Position numbers and translations under genes: made by a program. From Candidatus Omnitrophota bacterium (GTDB lineage: Bacteria > Omnitrophota > Gorgyraeia > JAHJTE01): a stretch of DNA of 64,000 bases. The stretch covers positions 267,809 to 331,808 of the forward strand of contig JAHJTE010000002.1 in NCBI GenBank assembly GCA_018830005.1, in the 5' to 3' direction. Below the pieces are notes generated by a model. It had not been told where the DNA came from. It did not search any database and saw only the letters and a program-made list of their open reading frames with translations. Below are positions 26,377-36,540 of the stretch, in pieces; positions within the stretch are counted from its first letter, which is position 1; the number at the start of each line of letters is the position of its first letter.

Positions 26377-27287
26377 CTTTCTCGCTGATGAAAAAGCTCT
26401 GTTAAATTGCTAATAAATCCAGCTATATTGCCTTTAGCCCTGTTAATATATCTACTATCTCTGCCCACTATACCTTTTAGGATATTATTAAGGAAAAGTC
26501 CCGAAAGCGCCCAATAGCAAAGCGGAATAGATAACTCTGGATTCTTCTTAACAAAATAAAGCCTGTTCTCGAATTGCATTTTGCCAAACTTAAAGCTTTC
26601 ATCAATCTTTTCAGATTCAGAATTATGTCTAACCTTCGCATCAGCTACAACAAATAATCTATATTCCTTTCCCGCTCGATAACTGAAATCAACATCCTCA
26701 AACAAACCATAGTCAGAAAATCTCTCATCAAACTGCAACTTTTCAAAAAGCCACTTCCTCCATACTGTAGCTCCGCCAAAAAGCCAATTTACTTCTCTAG
26801 TCTTATCCAAGGAATAAAATTTTGTCTGAAATCCAGAACGCAAAATCTTGCCTGGTATATCTGTGTTAACTACAAAAACTTTTTCTAACAGTGATGGCTT
26901 TCTGCAAATTTGGCTTATAATGTTAAATGATGCCCCAGCTGTATTCTCAGATGTACCCAGCCAAAAATCTAACATTTTCCTAAAACTATCCTTCTCTAAT
27001 ATAATGTCGTCATCAAAAAATATCACTAGCGTAATTTCATCTTTTAACTTCTTTATGCCAATATTTCTTTTAGTTGTTAAAGAGCCTATTGCTTTTATGT
27101 AATCAATCTCTAAATCGGGGAATTCTTTTAAAACACCTGTGATTGAGAGAATACTGCCATCAATTATAATAACCTGAGAAGGCTTAATATCCTGTTGAGA
27201 TATACTCTTTAAAAGTTGATTTAATTTATCCGGCCTATCTTTAGTGGGAATAATAATGGCTAATTTCTCATTATGCATTTTTAACAA
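26355..27287 (-). CDS. Glycosyltransferase family 2
   Basis: LAIIIPTKDRPDKL...VIIIDGS GT-A motifs and the FFDDDII DxD region. Confidence 0.8.
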   Translation of the reverse strand: MLKMHNEKLAIIIPTKDRPDKLNQLLKSISQQDIKPSQVIIIDGSILSITGVLKEFPDLEIDYIKAIGSLTTKRNIGIKKLKDEITLVIFFDDDIILEKDSFRKMLDFWLGTSENTAGASFNIISQICRKPSLLEKVFVVNTDIPGKILRSGFQTKFYSLDKTREVNWLFGGATVWRKWLFEKLQFDERFSDYGLFEDVDFSYRAGKEYRLFVVADAKVRHNSESEKIDESFKFGKMQFENRLYFVKKNPELSIPLCYWALSGLFLNNILKGIVGRDSRYINRAKGNIAGFISNLTELFHQRERCQRAKI

Positions 27288-27310
27288 AAATTTTTGGCTT
27301 ACTGAAAGAA

Positions 27311-28210
27311 TTATCGAATACCAAAGTTGTATTTATTGAGCTGCCCAGAAGCTATGATTGAATCCAGGCCTTTTTCAATTGTAATTTGTGGCTTCCAGCC
27401 TAAAACCTCTTTTGCCTTTTTAATATCAGCGACAACATAATCTTTTTTTGGACTTTCATGGTTAACTTTATTAATTTGATACTTTTTAACTTTTAATCGC
27501 GAAGCAAATAACTTTACAAAATTATTAATGCTTAAGCCAACGCCAGTGCCAATATTTAAAGGTAAAAAGTTATTAAAATCGATCTTACAAGAAAGAATAA
27601 AAGCCCTAACTACATCTGATATATAGACAAAATCTCTCACTGCCTGAGGCGATTTTAATAAAATAGAGTTAGTACTTTTAAGTTTCTGAAAAATATATGG
27701 TGTGATAAATGACAAGCGCTGCCCCGGTCCATACATATTAAAGATTCTAATGGAAATAACGGGTACCTTAAAACTTTGTGAATAATGTCTGCAAACTTTT
27801 TCTGCCAATATTTTACTTATCCCATATAATGTTACTGGATTAGTATCAGAGCTTTCACTAAGCCTAATCTTTCCTAGAGTTGGCTTATAAACTGCTGAGG
27901 ACGAAGCAAAGATACAGCTTGCGCCAACTCGATAACAATAGTGCATTACTGCCATAGTGCCATTAACATTTACGTCAAAAAGCGAATTTGTTTTATGCTT
28001 AGAGTCAATCTTATTAAAACCAGCTAGGTGGAAAACTATATCGCTTTTCTTTTTGAAATTGCTGATATCTCTTATATCATCGTTGTAAAGATAGACTTTT
28101 TTACACAACTTTCTTAATTGGGGAATAAGACTTTGCCCCAAGAATCCTTTTCCACCAGTGATTAAGACCCTTTTCTTTCTAAGCTTATTTAAATTATTTT
28201 CTTTTGGCAT
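27311..28210 (-). CDS. NAD(P)-dependent epimerase/reductase (extended SDR; NDP-4-keto-6-deoxyhexose reductase/epimerase-like)
   Basis: RVLITGGKGFLGQSL, YGISKILAEK YxxxK, 299 aa. Sits directly after a second SDR and a nucleotidyltransferase. Confidence 0.8.
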   Translation of the reverse strand: MPKENNLNKLRKKRVLITGGKGFLGQSLIPQLRKLCKKVYLYNDDIRDISNFKKKSDIVFHLAGFNKIDSKHKTNSLFDVNVNGTMAVMHYCYRVGASCIFASSSAVYKPTLGKIRLSESSDTNPVTLYGISKILAEKVCRHYSQSFKVPVISIRIFNMYGPGQRLSFITPYIFQKLKSTNSILLKSPQAVRDFVYISDVVRAFILSCKIDFNNFLPLNIGTGVGLSINNFVKLFASRLKVKKYQINKVNHESPKKDYVVADIKKAKEVLGWKPQITIEKGLDSIIASGQLNKYNFGIR

Positions 28211-29193
28211 AGTTGAAAAAGTGGTGAATTTTTGTCTTCGAATAAATACTTAAACTTTTGATACCAATTGATAGTCCTTAACAAACCTTCTTCAAATGAA
28301 ATTTTTTGCCTCCACCCCAATAATTTACTGGCTTTTTTATTGGAAGCTGCCATACGCCAAATCTCCGTAGGTCGATAAGGCATTTTACCTATACATAACT
28401 TAGATTTAGAGTCTGCCAACTTATGAATTTTTTTAACAAGTTCCTTTATTGATATTTCCTTACCTGAACCAATATTGATAATTTCTCCTACTGCTTTTTT
28501 CACAGAACTAGCCAAAAGAAAACCGTCAATTAAATTTTCAACATAATTAAAGTCTCTCGTCTGAATGCCTTCAGTAGTTACTATATCCTCTCCTTTTAAG
28601 CACTTTATTATAATCTCGGCAATTATAGCGCGTGGACTCTGAAAAGGACCAAAGGCATTGAATGGCCTAAGTATTACAATGGGCCTTTTGTATACTAGAT
28701 ATTTCATTCTTGCATATAATTCGCCTGAATACTTACCTACTGCATAAGGAGATATAGGGCTGGGTTTAAGTTCTTCATGAAAAGGTACTGAGCTTTGATG
28801 TCCATAAATTTCAGAAGACGAAATGTAGATAAACCTCTTGTAATCTTCGTACGCATCTAAAAGATTGACTGTTCCCTTAGAATTAACATCAATTGCCTCT
28901 GAAACGTTATCGAAGCTATCGCCAACATGGTTATAGGCAGCAAAATGATAAATAATATCTGGCTTAATTAACTTTACTTTTTTAAGCGAATCAGGATTTC
29001 GTAAATCAGATTCGATAATCTTAACTTTGTCCCAGATATTTACCAAGCGTATATTATCAATTACACAGCCATACTTTGTAAGAACAAATATTTTTGCCCC
29101 TTCTTCTAATAATCTTTTAGTTAAATGTGATGCGATGAAGCCTCCTCCACCTGTAATCAAGACCTTCGTGTTTTTTAAAATTTTCATAATCAC
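28189..29193 (-). CDS. NAD-dependent epimerase/dehydratase (NDP-hexose 4,6-dehydratase-like extended SDR)
   Basis: KVLITGGGGFIASHLTKRLL, YAVGKYSGE YxxxK, 334 aa. Confidence 0.85.
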   Translation of the reverse strand: MIMKILKNTKVLITGGGGFIASHLTKRLLEEGAKIFVLTKYGCVIDNIRLVNIWDKVKIIESDLRNPDSLKKVKLIKPDIIYHFAAYNHVGDSFDNVSEAIDVNSKGTVNLLDAYEDYKRFIYISSSEIYGHQSSVPFHEELKPSPISPYAVGKYSGELYARMKYLVYKRPIVILRPFNAFGPFQSPRAIIAEIIIKCLKGEDIVTTEGIQTRDFNYVENLIDGFLLASSVKKAVGEIINIGSGKEISIKELVKKIHKLADSKSKLCIGKMPYRPTEIWRMAASNKKASKLLGWRQKISFEEGLLRTINWYQKFKYLFEDKNSPLFQLCQKKII

Positions 29194-29918
29194 CTTTCCT
29201 GTTGGGTAAAGAATTTTATAAGTTCCCTATGTACCTTTTCTTTCTCATAGAAAGTATTAAAAGTAAGTTGTAGCCCTTTATGTTTGAAGGCATTTAATTT
29301 TTTCTTCTGTATTAATTTCTGAAATAAAGCAATTAGACCTTCACCGTCAGGCATAGTCAAAAGCTTTTTTTCTAACTTATTTAATATCTTTTTTTCAATT
29401 ATCATATGACCAATATAGTAAGAAAAAGTTGGTTTTTCTTCGAAAGAGTCTACGCAATTACTGCTAGCTAACTCAACCAAACCAAATGGACTACGTATAT
29501 CAGCAACGGTTATAGTAATGCCTGCCTTGCTTTTCCTATGTTGAAACATCATCTTATAAGGATCAATATTAATAAACGTATCACCATAAGTTACTATTGC
29601 TCTTTTTTCTATTAGATCTTTGGCTAGATAAATACGTCTTAACATGCTCGTAGATTCTCCAGCATCGGAAATCTCTATCTCAGCATCAAAACGGTGATTT
29701 TTGACAAATTCTTCAATTTTCCTGCCTTTATATCCAGTACATAGAATAAAATTACGGAAATCTTTACTGATATAAAATTCTATTATATGCTGCAATATAG
29801 ATTTATTCCGAAAACGTACTAGAGGTTTCGGTAAATTTGAAGTAGAGTGCTTAAGACGCCTGCCAAAACCACCACATAATATAATAATCTTTGTTTTTCT
29901 TGTATCTAATTTCAACAT
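29190..29918 (-). CDS. Sugar-phosphate nucleotidyltransferase (glucose-1-phosphate cytidylyl/thymidylyltransferase-like)
   Basis: IIILCGGFGRRLKHSTSNLPKPLV is the GxGxR nucleotidyltransferase signature; 242 aa. Confidence 0.8.
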   Translation of the reverse strand: MLKLDTRKTKIIILCGGFGRRLKHSTSNLPKPLVRFRNKSILQHIIEFYISKDFRNFILCTGYKGRKIEEFVKNHRFDAEIEISDAGESTSMLRRIYLAKDLIEKRAIVTYGDTFINIDPYKMMFQHRKSKAGITITVADIRSPFGLVELASSNCVDSFEEKPTFSYYIGHMIIEKKILNKLEKKLLTMPDGEGLIALFQKLIQKKKLNAFKHKGLQLTFNTFYEKEKVHRELIKFFTQQER

Positions 29919-29941
29919 ATGCTCTTTAACATAAACAAAAC

Positions 29942-31435
29942 CTATTCTATATAGTCTGACTTTAAACTCTTTAAAATTGAACTAGCGATTGGAATCTTAA
30001 GAAGAAAATCTCTTACTTGGCTTATTTGCAAATTAAATAGCTTAACAAACCTATATCCCAAAATCAAGATGCCTAACTTTATTACCATAGACACCTTTTT
30101 CTCAAATAGGCAATGGTAAAAAATAATTCTAAATCTGAAGTATCTCAGCTCATCTAAGCTATGCTCTGCTGTATAATATGGCAATTTGCTATTATTTAAC
30201 CAATACTCTTCATCGAGTATGCCTTGTTTTATTGCTAGATAATATAATTCACTATTAGGAAAAATTAATGTAGGCGAAACAACCACACGTTTAGGCCTAG
30301 TCTTTTTTATTAAACTAATGGTCTCATCTATAGTCTCTTTTGTTTCACCGGGATTACCTACCATGAATAAGGCAGCTACCTTAATGCCTATTTTTTTTGC
30401 CATCTCAATTGCATATATAAAATCGTCCAGATTTATATTTTTACCTATGGTCTCTAAAATCTTTTTAGAACCGGATTCAACTCCAAATGCCAACATAAGG
30501 CAGCCTGAGTCCTTGGCCAATTGAAAAAAATTCTCACTAATCGGCTTTACCCTAACCATGGCTGTCCAAGTTATGGGAAACTTACGTTCTATTATCAATT
30601 GGCAAATTTTTTCAGCTCGGGCTAAAGAAGTATTAAAACAGTCATCTACGAAAGTAAAATGAACCACTTTTTTCATTCTGTATAACTGCTCTATTTCATC
30701 AACTACATTTTCCGGAGATCTAAAGCGTACTTGCCTTCCCATAAAAATTGCACAAAACTGGCATTTGTTCGGACAACCTCTGGAGCTAATGATGGGCAAA
30801 AAACGTGCTTGCTTATTATCATCCGTTATACTAACCATATCGTCGCATTTGCTTTCTACTTTACTAAAATCAAAATTGGAATAGTCTGGCAAAGGTAATA
30901 AATCCAAATTCTTAATAACTGCTCTATCTGATGTTCTTACAATTCTCTTGTTTAGTCTAAAAGTTATTCCCTTTACGGTCATCAAATCTACGCCTTGATT
31001 AATCCCATCAAATAATTCTATAAGCGTTTCTTCTCCCTCACCTCTTACAATATAATCTATCTGAGGATAATGAGAAAGTATCTGTTCATCTATGCCTTTT
31101 GCGCTGGGATGCGGCCCTCCTAACACCACCAATGGACTAGGATCTATATTTTCCTTTGCTAGCTTAGCTAATTTTAAGCTATTTAAATGTTGACCAGTAA
31201 AACAAGTTATGCCCACGACATCAAATTGCTTGTCCTGAAAGAATCTTTGTATATCAAACCAACTATTCTCATACATATCCTGCACTGTTACATTATAGTC
31301 ACAGCGTTTTAACACTGACGCCAACAAAAACAGACCATTCGGAGGAAAAAAAACACTTACATCGCTGATCGCATTGTTGTCTAACTTATTTAATGGCGGC
31401 CTGATTAAAATTATATTGGATATCCTTTTCATCAT
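29942..31435 (-). CDS. B12-binding-domain radical SAM protein (class B rSAM)
   Basis: DVVGITCFTGQ...LVVLGGPHPS cobalamin-domain motifs; SSRGCPNKCQFCAIF radical SAM cluster. Confidence 0.85.
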   Translation of the reverse strand: MMKRISNIILIRPPLNKLDNNAISDVSVFFPPNGLFLLASVLKRCDYNVTVQDMYENSWFDIQRFFQDKQFDVVGITCFTGQHLNSLKLAKLAKENIDPSPLVVLGGPHPSAKGIDEQILSHYPQIDYIVRGEGEETLIELFDGINQGVDLMTVKGITFRLNKRIVRTSDRAVIKNLDLLPLPDYSNFDFSKVESKCDDMVSITDDNKQARFLPIISSRGCPNKCQFCAIFMGRQVRFRSPENVVDEIEQLYRMKKVVHFTFVDDCFNTSLARAEKICQLIIERKFPITWTAMVRVKPISENFFQLAKDSGCLMLAFGVESGSKKILETIGKNINLDDFIYAIEMAKKIGIKVAALFMVGNPGETKETIDETISLIKKTRPKRVVVSPTLIFPNSELYYLAIKQGILDEEYWLNNSKLPYYTAEHSLDELRYFRFRIIFYHCLFEKKVSMVIKLGILILGYRFVKLFNLQISQVRDFLLKIPIASSILKSLKSDYIE

Positions 31436-32724
31436 GTTAACCTAAGCCCGAATTTTTGAGTTAAATCAATTAAATCCTGCTTCTTTAAAAACAAAATTTG
31501 ACTTAATTTTAGCTTTGCCTTTAAATTAAAATAATAGATATTCATAATAGTCTTAATTACAATAGCAACTGAAGCAGAAATAGCAGCACCGTTAATTCCT
31601 AATATTGGAATTAAGACAAGGTTTAACCAAATATTAATAATTAAAGATATACCTATGGATAGAATATTAAATACAGGAAACCCTTCACTACCGCAAATAT
31701 ACATAGATATTACAAAAAATAAATTCTGAAAAATTAACGCTGGTAAATAATAAATAAGACAAATATATGATTTAATAAATTCCTCACCCAACAAAAATAT
31801 AATTAGATGTTTTCCCAATAATAACAAAACTAAAGAGACACAAAGTGAATATGCTATACAAATCCGGCTCAACTTTGCCGTATCTTTTATACTCTTTCCT
31901 GAACCATCTGTAGCTCTATTAAAAAGCAAAAAACCACTAATCATAGGGCTAATACTAACCATATTGGCAATTAAGGCTACCACTGAGTAATATCCGACTT
32001 CTGAAGTAGTCGAAAGAAACTTAATTATATAAACATCTATTCTAATCGAAAGAATGAATAAAATACTAATTACAAATGTACGCCACCCAGTCTTTATTAA
32101 TTTTAAAAATAAATCTTTTTCAAGCACAAAATTAAAATAACCAAGTTCTTTAAATACAAAAAGAATTGATATAATAGCGCCAACAACTACAGTAACTAAC
32201 ATACCTAAAATTGCCACCTCTATTGTTTTTTGTAAAAACACAAGTACTATAACATTTGAGATTAAAAGGGATACATATCTAAATATATTAATGAGATTAT
32301 GCTTATTAATTTTTCCTAATCCCCAAAGCATCCCTTTGCTTGCTTCTTGTATAATGAAAAATGGAATAGTCAGTAGAGTAAAACAAGCTAAATTTTTATT
32401 CATAAAAAAATCAAAAGGAAAAGTCCTAAAAAATATCCACCATAACAGCAAAAATACTATTATGCCAAAAATGAAAGTTAGTGTAGTAGAAAATAAAATG
32501 TGCAGTTTTTGTTTATACTTATTGGCCAAATATCTATTTGTCTCAAGTAGCGCCCCTCCCCCCAAAAGTACCATCGCCATAGTTAAACTAGTAATAACTA
32601 AAGTAAACAACCCCTGACCTTGGGCGCCTGTTGTTCTTACAATCACTATATAATTCAACACCCCAGCCACTATCATAATTAAATTAGCCAAAAATGTTAG
32701 AGAAAACTTCTTAGCAAAACTCAT
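31432..32724 (-). CDS. Wzx-type oligosaccharide flippase (MOP superfamily polysaccharide biosynthesis protein)
   Basis: 430 aa, 12 or more TM helices, N-terminal FSLTFLANLIMIVAGVLNYIVIVR...GQGLF pattern of the PST/Wzx family. Confidence 0.75.
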   Translation of the reverse strand: MSFAKKFSLTFLANLIMIVAGVLNYIVIVRTTGAQGQGLFTLVITSLTMAMVLLGGGALLETNRYLANKYKQKLHILFSTTLTFIFGIIVFLLLWWIFFRTFPFDFFMNKNLACFTLLTIPFFIIQEASKGMLWGLGKINKHNLINIFRYVSLLISNVIVLVFLQKTIEVAILGMLVTVVVGAIISILFVFKELGYFNFVLEKDLFLKLIKTGWRTFVISILFILSIRIDVYIIKFLSTTSEVGYYSVVALIANMVSISPMISGFLLFNRATDGSGKSIKDTAKLSRICIAYSLCVSLVLLLLGKHLIIFLLGEEFIKSYICLIYYLPALIFQNLFFVISMYICGSEGFPVFNILSIGISLIINIWLNLVLIPILGINGAAISASVAIVIKTIMNIYYFNLKAKLKLSQILFLKKQDLIDLTQKFGLRLT

Positions 32725-32779
32725 AAAATATTACCTTTAATCATGCAGAAATTTATCTTATTTGTTAGTGATTTAATTG

Positions 32780-33811
32780 TTATTCTGCCTTTCTATTTTC
32801 ATAAAGTCCGGGTATTTCAAAACTAGAGCATAATTTACAAATAGATATTCCATTTTTATCAGAAGCGACTCTTTTTCTAAAATTACGATACTTTTTACCA
32901 TTCCATATCGCCCCTAAGTCATCTTTAAGTATATTCCCCATTACGAAATAACCATATACATCTCTACAGCAAGGAACAACATCACCATTGTTTAAAATAG
33001 CCGTAGAAATATAAATCCAATTGCATCTATTACCTGAATTCTTCTTTAGTTTTAATTCACCCTTAACAAATGCCTCTTTATCATAATCCCAATATTTCTC
33101 ATCATTAGGCAGGAATTGCCTTGCCTGTTCCCAAGTACGCACGCAAGCTCTCTGAAGTCGTGCCTCATCTACACCAAGTGATCTAGCCAATTCATGAAAT
33201 TTTTCTATCTCCAGCTCATTCTGTTTCATAATAATAAGCCCAAGAATTATCTTTGGATAAGTCTTATTTAGAATTTTCTTTTGCTGAACAAGCATCCTGA
33301 CGTTTTCAAGTATAACTTGAAGATTACTTCCGACTCGATACGTTTCATGGGTCCGCTGAGTTACCCCGCCAATTTGAAAGATAATCTCATCAATACCAGA
33401 ATCTAACAATTGCACAGTATCTGTACAATTACCGTTCGTACAGCTTGTTATATATAACCCTTTACACTTAGCATACTTAATCATTCTATAAGAATCTTTA
33501 TTTAAAAAAGGCTCACCCATAAAATAAAAAAATATACTATTAGCGTGGTCTTTAATTTTGTCGATAACAATCTTAAAATTATCGAAGGTCATCCTTCCCT
33601 TTGGTCTATTTAAAATTCCGGATCCAGTTTCGCAAACTGGACATCTAAGATTACATAGATTAGTAGGCTCAATGGTTATATGTACTGGCAGACCTAGCGG
33701 CATCTTACTTCTAATAAGTGCTGAAAATAAACCTAGGCAGTAATTCTTAAAACCTCTCGGCCTCCTATAGAGGAGACGTCCAGCTTTTATGAGCCTTCTA
33801 AAAAAAATCAT
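32780..33811 (-). CDS. Radical SAM protein with C-terminal SPASM domain
   Basis: EPTNLCNLRCPVC (CxxxCxxC); C-terminal CNWIYISTAILNNGDVVPCC and CKLC SPASM-like Cys motifs. Start is uncertain (33811 or internal ATG at 33703). Confidence 0.75.
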   Translation of the reverse strand: MIFFRRLIKAGRLLYRRPRGFKNYCLGLFSALIRSKMPLGLPVHITIEPTNLCNLRCPVCETGSGILNRPKGRMTFDNFKIVIDKIKDHANSIFFYFMGEPFLNKDSYRMIKYAKCKGLYITSCTNGNCTDTVQLLDSGIDEIIFQIGGVTQRTHETYRVGSNLQVILENVRMLVQQKKILNKTYPKIILGLIIMKQNELEIEKFHELARSLGVDEARLQRACVRTWEQARQFLPNDEKYWDYDKEAFVKGELKLKKNSGNRCNWIYISTAILNNGDVVPCCRDVYGYFVMGNILKDDLGAIWNGKKYRNFRKRVASDKNGISICKLCSSFEIPGLYENRKAE

Positions 33812-33921
33812 AATTGAAAAGATAAACCTACTTCTCTCTTTACTCCTAAATTCCCAATACCTTTTCTGCTGTCAGCTAGGCTAAATATTTATTGCCTTCT
33901 CTAGTTAAATGAAGGCCGTCT

Positions 33922-34629
33922 TTATAGTAAATTTAGGATTTTTTTTATTTCGTAAACTAATCGACCTAGGGGAGACTGAATATTTGCCCTATTTAAACCG
34001 ATATCCTTAACTTCCGGCAAATGCTCTAAATACTGCCGATAATCAAAACCTAAATCACAGTTTGATATATTTTTTATTATCCAATTATCTGTTTTTAGAT
34101 CTTCCATATTCGCTAAATTGCCTGTCTTATTCGTAAAATAAATACCACGATGTGGATCAAAGGCTGCCCAATTTTGACCCACTTTTGCAAAAGATAGCAT
34201 TATCTCACCTTTTCCATCTTTAGTCTGCACCTTAGAGCAGAATGCCTTTATCCTAGCGTAATTACAAAGGGTAACAAAAACATATGGCGACTGATCAGCT
34301 GCTCCGTAACCACGCACAATAATATTCCAGACATGATCATCTATAACCGGAAGACCTTCGGGAACAGATCTTATATTGCTATGTGTCCACTTAAAAATTT
34401 CTAATGCCCTTTCTTCTTCGCCTTGGGTATCCTTAATAATTCTTTTAACTAGTTGCTTGTAGTTAAAATGTCTATCGAAAAAATTCAGGACCTTCAAATA
34501 AAGCGGTATTTTTATCTCCTGCCATTGATAATTTATTCCCTCTCGAGTAGTTAGCTGAATATTTGCAAGGATAAGCATGCCGGCAAAAATTAGGATAATG
34601 CTAACAACCCTTACTAAAATTTTATTCAT
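33922..34629 (-). CDS. Hypothetical membrane-anchored protein (weak transglutaminase-like resemblance)
   Basis: N-terminal TM helix. GYGAADQSPYVFVTLCNYARIKA is reminiscent of the TGase-core GxGxCxD...R..GIPAR segment, but the catalytic positions are not clearly conserved. No confident family assignment. Confidence 0.3.
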   Translation of the reverse strand: MNKILVRVVSIILIFAGMLILANIQLTTREGINYQWQEIKIPLYLKVLNFFDRHFNYKQLVKRIIKDTQGEEERALEIFKWTHSNIRSVPEGLPVIDDHVWNIIVRGYGAADQSPYVFVTLCNYARIKAFCSKVQTKDGKGEIMLSFAKVGQNWAAFDPHRGIYFTNKTGNLANMEDLKTDNWIIKNISNCDLGFDYRQYLEHLPEVKDIGLNRANIQSPLGRLVYEIKKILNLL

Positions 34630-36528
34630 TTAATCTATGAACTTCTGATGCCAAAGCTCTAACATCAAAAGTGTCCAGATCTGAAACGTATAGTCTCTAT
34701 TTCTATCAAGATGGGCCTTTATAAGCATTTTTATCGCATCAGGTTTAAAATAGCCTCTGTCAAAAAATGACTTTGAAAGAAGAGTCTGATTTATGAGTTC
34801 TTTTAACTCACTCCGAAACCATTCTCCAATCGGCAGGCCAAAACCCATCTTCCTCCTATGGATATTCTGCTTTGGGACCAAATCCTTAACTGCCTTTTTT
34901 AGAATATATTTTTTAACTAATTTTTTCATTTTATATTCGGGAGGTAAGCTAGCTACGAATTCCATAAGCTTATGATCTAGAAACGGTGATCGTGCCTCCA
35001 AGGAATTAGCCATACTAGCAATATCAACCTTTACCAAGAGATCATTCGGTAAATATGTATTAGTATCAGTCATTAGAAGCCTATCTAGAAGATTCAAAGT
35101 TTTAGAGTTATTAAGATGAGGGTTTAACCAGCATATAGGATTTTTGTTAGAAAATTTATACAGAAACCTCTCTGAATATAAATCTCTCTTCAAGCGCTCA
35201 TCGAACATACCTATCCAACGTAAATAACGCTCCTGTTGCGGCAGTGGCGCAGCTTCAAAAAACCTTTTAATTCTTCTAAGGCTATTTTTTGGATTAATAG
35301 AATCCGGCAATAAGGCTATAGACCTATTAATTATTTTGCTAAGGAATCTTGGCATATCTTGATAGATTTGTGCAATTAGCATTGCTTGATAACGCTCGTA
35401 ACCTGAAAAAGACTCATCCCCTCCATCTCCATTTAAGGCCACAGTAACATATTGCCTTGTCTGTTGTGAAACATAATAAGTAGGAATACAAGAAGAATCT
35501 GCATAGGGTTCTCCGTAGCGCTGGACTAATAATGGTAATATCTCCAAGGCCTTAGGTTTAACTATAAACTCGTGATGTTCTGTCTGGAATCTCTTTGCTA
35601 TATTTCTGGCAAACTTTAGTTCACTGTAATTATGTTCTTGGAATCCAATGGAGAAAGTCTTAACTTTCTCACTTGTTAACTGACTCATTAAAGCAACTAC
35701 TGTACTAGAATCTAGACCACCGCTTAAAAAAGCACCCAATGGAACATCGCTATATAGCCTAATCTTAACCGCCTCTTTGAGCAGTCTTAACAACTCTTCT
35801 TGGGCTTCAACCTCTGAAATCTTAATTTTCTTTGAATAATCCAATTGCCAATATCGCTTTAAGCTAATTTCTTTGTTTTTTAATACAAGTATATGTGCTG
35901 GCGGCAATTTATACACATTCTCATATATTGTCAATGGAGCTGGGATATATCCAAAACTAAGATAATAATGTATTGCTTCCTCATTTATTCTCTTAGGAAC
36001 TAATCCGCTCTCTAAAAGCGAACTAAATTCAGAAGCAAAGCAGAATAAGCCTTCAGAATGATAATATAGAAGTGGCTTCTGGCCTGTTCTATCTCTAGCT
36101 AAAATTAGCTTAGCCTGCTTCTCATCCCACAACGCAAAAGCAAACATACCACGTAAATATTCTATGGCCTCTTCTGCCTTCTCTTCAAACAGATGTACTA
36201 TTACTTCAATATCAGTATCAGAGCTAAACCTGTGGCCCTTTTTTAATAAGTCTGCTTTTAATTGTTTATAATTATAAATCTCGCCATTACATATAAGCAT
36301 AAGTGTCTTATCTTCATTGCATATGGGTTGATGCCCGGCAGAACTTAAGTCAATAATTTTCAGTCTCCTGTGACCTAGGCCGACATTAAACTTTGACTGC
36401 TTATGAGATAAATAAATCCCTTCATCATCAGGACCTCTATGGCTCATAGAAATACACATCTTATGGAGAGTGTCCCTATCTACTCTTTTCCTGGAATCAG
36501 AATCCACTATCCCGCATATACCACACAT
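34630..36528 (-). CDS. Asparagine synthase (glutamine-hydrolysing) family amidotransferase (AsnB/WbpS-like)
   Basis: MCGICGIV N-terminal nucleophile Cys2 and the SGGLDSS PP-loop ATP pyrophosphatase motif; 632 aa. Confidence 0.9.
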   Translation of the reverse strand: MCGICGIVDSDSRKRVDRDTLHKMCISMSHRGPDDEGIYLSHKQSKFNVGLGHRRLKIIDLSSAGHQPICNEDKTLMLICNGEIYNYKQLKADLLKKGHRFSSDTDIEVIVHLFEEKAEEAIEYLRGMFAFALWDEKQAKLILARDRTGQKPLLYYHSEGLFCFASEFSSLLESGLVPKRINEEAIHYYLSFGYIPAPLTIYENVYKLPPAHILVLKNKEISLKRYWQLDYSKKIKISEVEAQEELLRLLKEAVKIRLYSDVPLGAFLSGGLDSSTVVALMSQLTSEKVKTFSIGFQEHNYSELKFARNIAKRFQTEHHEFIVKPKALEILPLLVQRYGEPYADSSCIPTYYVSQQTRQYVTVALNGDGGDESFSGYERYQAMLIAQIYQDMPRFLSKIINRSIALLPDSINPKNSLRRIKRFFEAAPLPQQERYLRWIGMFDERLKRDLYSERFLYKFSNKNPICWLNPHLNNSKTLNLLDRLLMTDTNTYLPNDLLVKVDIASMANSLEARSPFLDHKLMEFVASLPPEYKMKKLVKKYILKKAVKDLVPKQNIHRRKMGFGLPIGEWFRSELKELINQTLLSKSFFDRGYFKPDAIKMLIKAHLDRNRDYTFQIWTLLMLELWHQKFID

Positions 36529-36540
36529 TGAATATTTCCT

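Noticed and set aside
33812..33921. Intergenic gaps of 60-110 bp (33812-33921, 15872-15973, 41245-41307) as Rho-independent terminators
   Set aside because: I could not find a convincing GC-rich hairpin followed by a T-tract on the minus strand in any of them. They are more likely short spacer/RBS regions within the same transcript.
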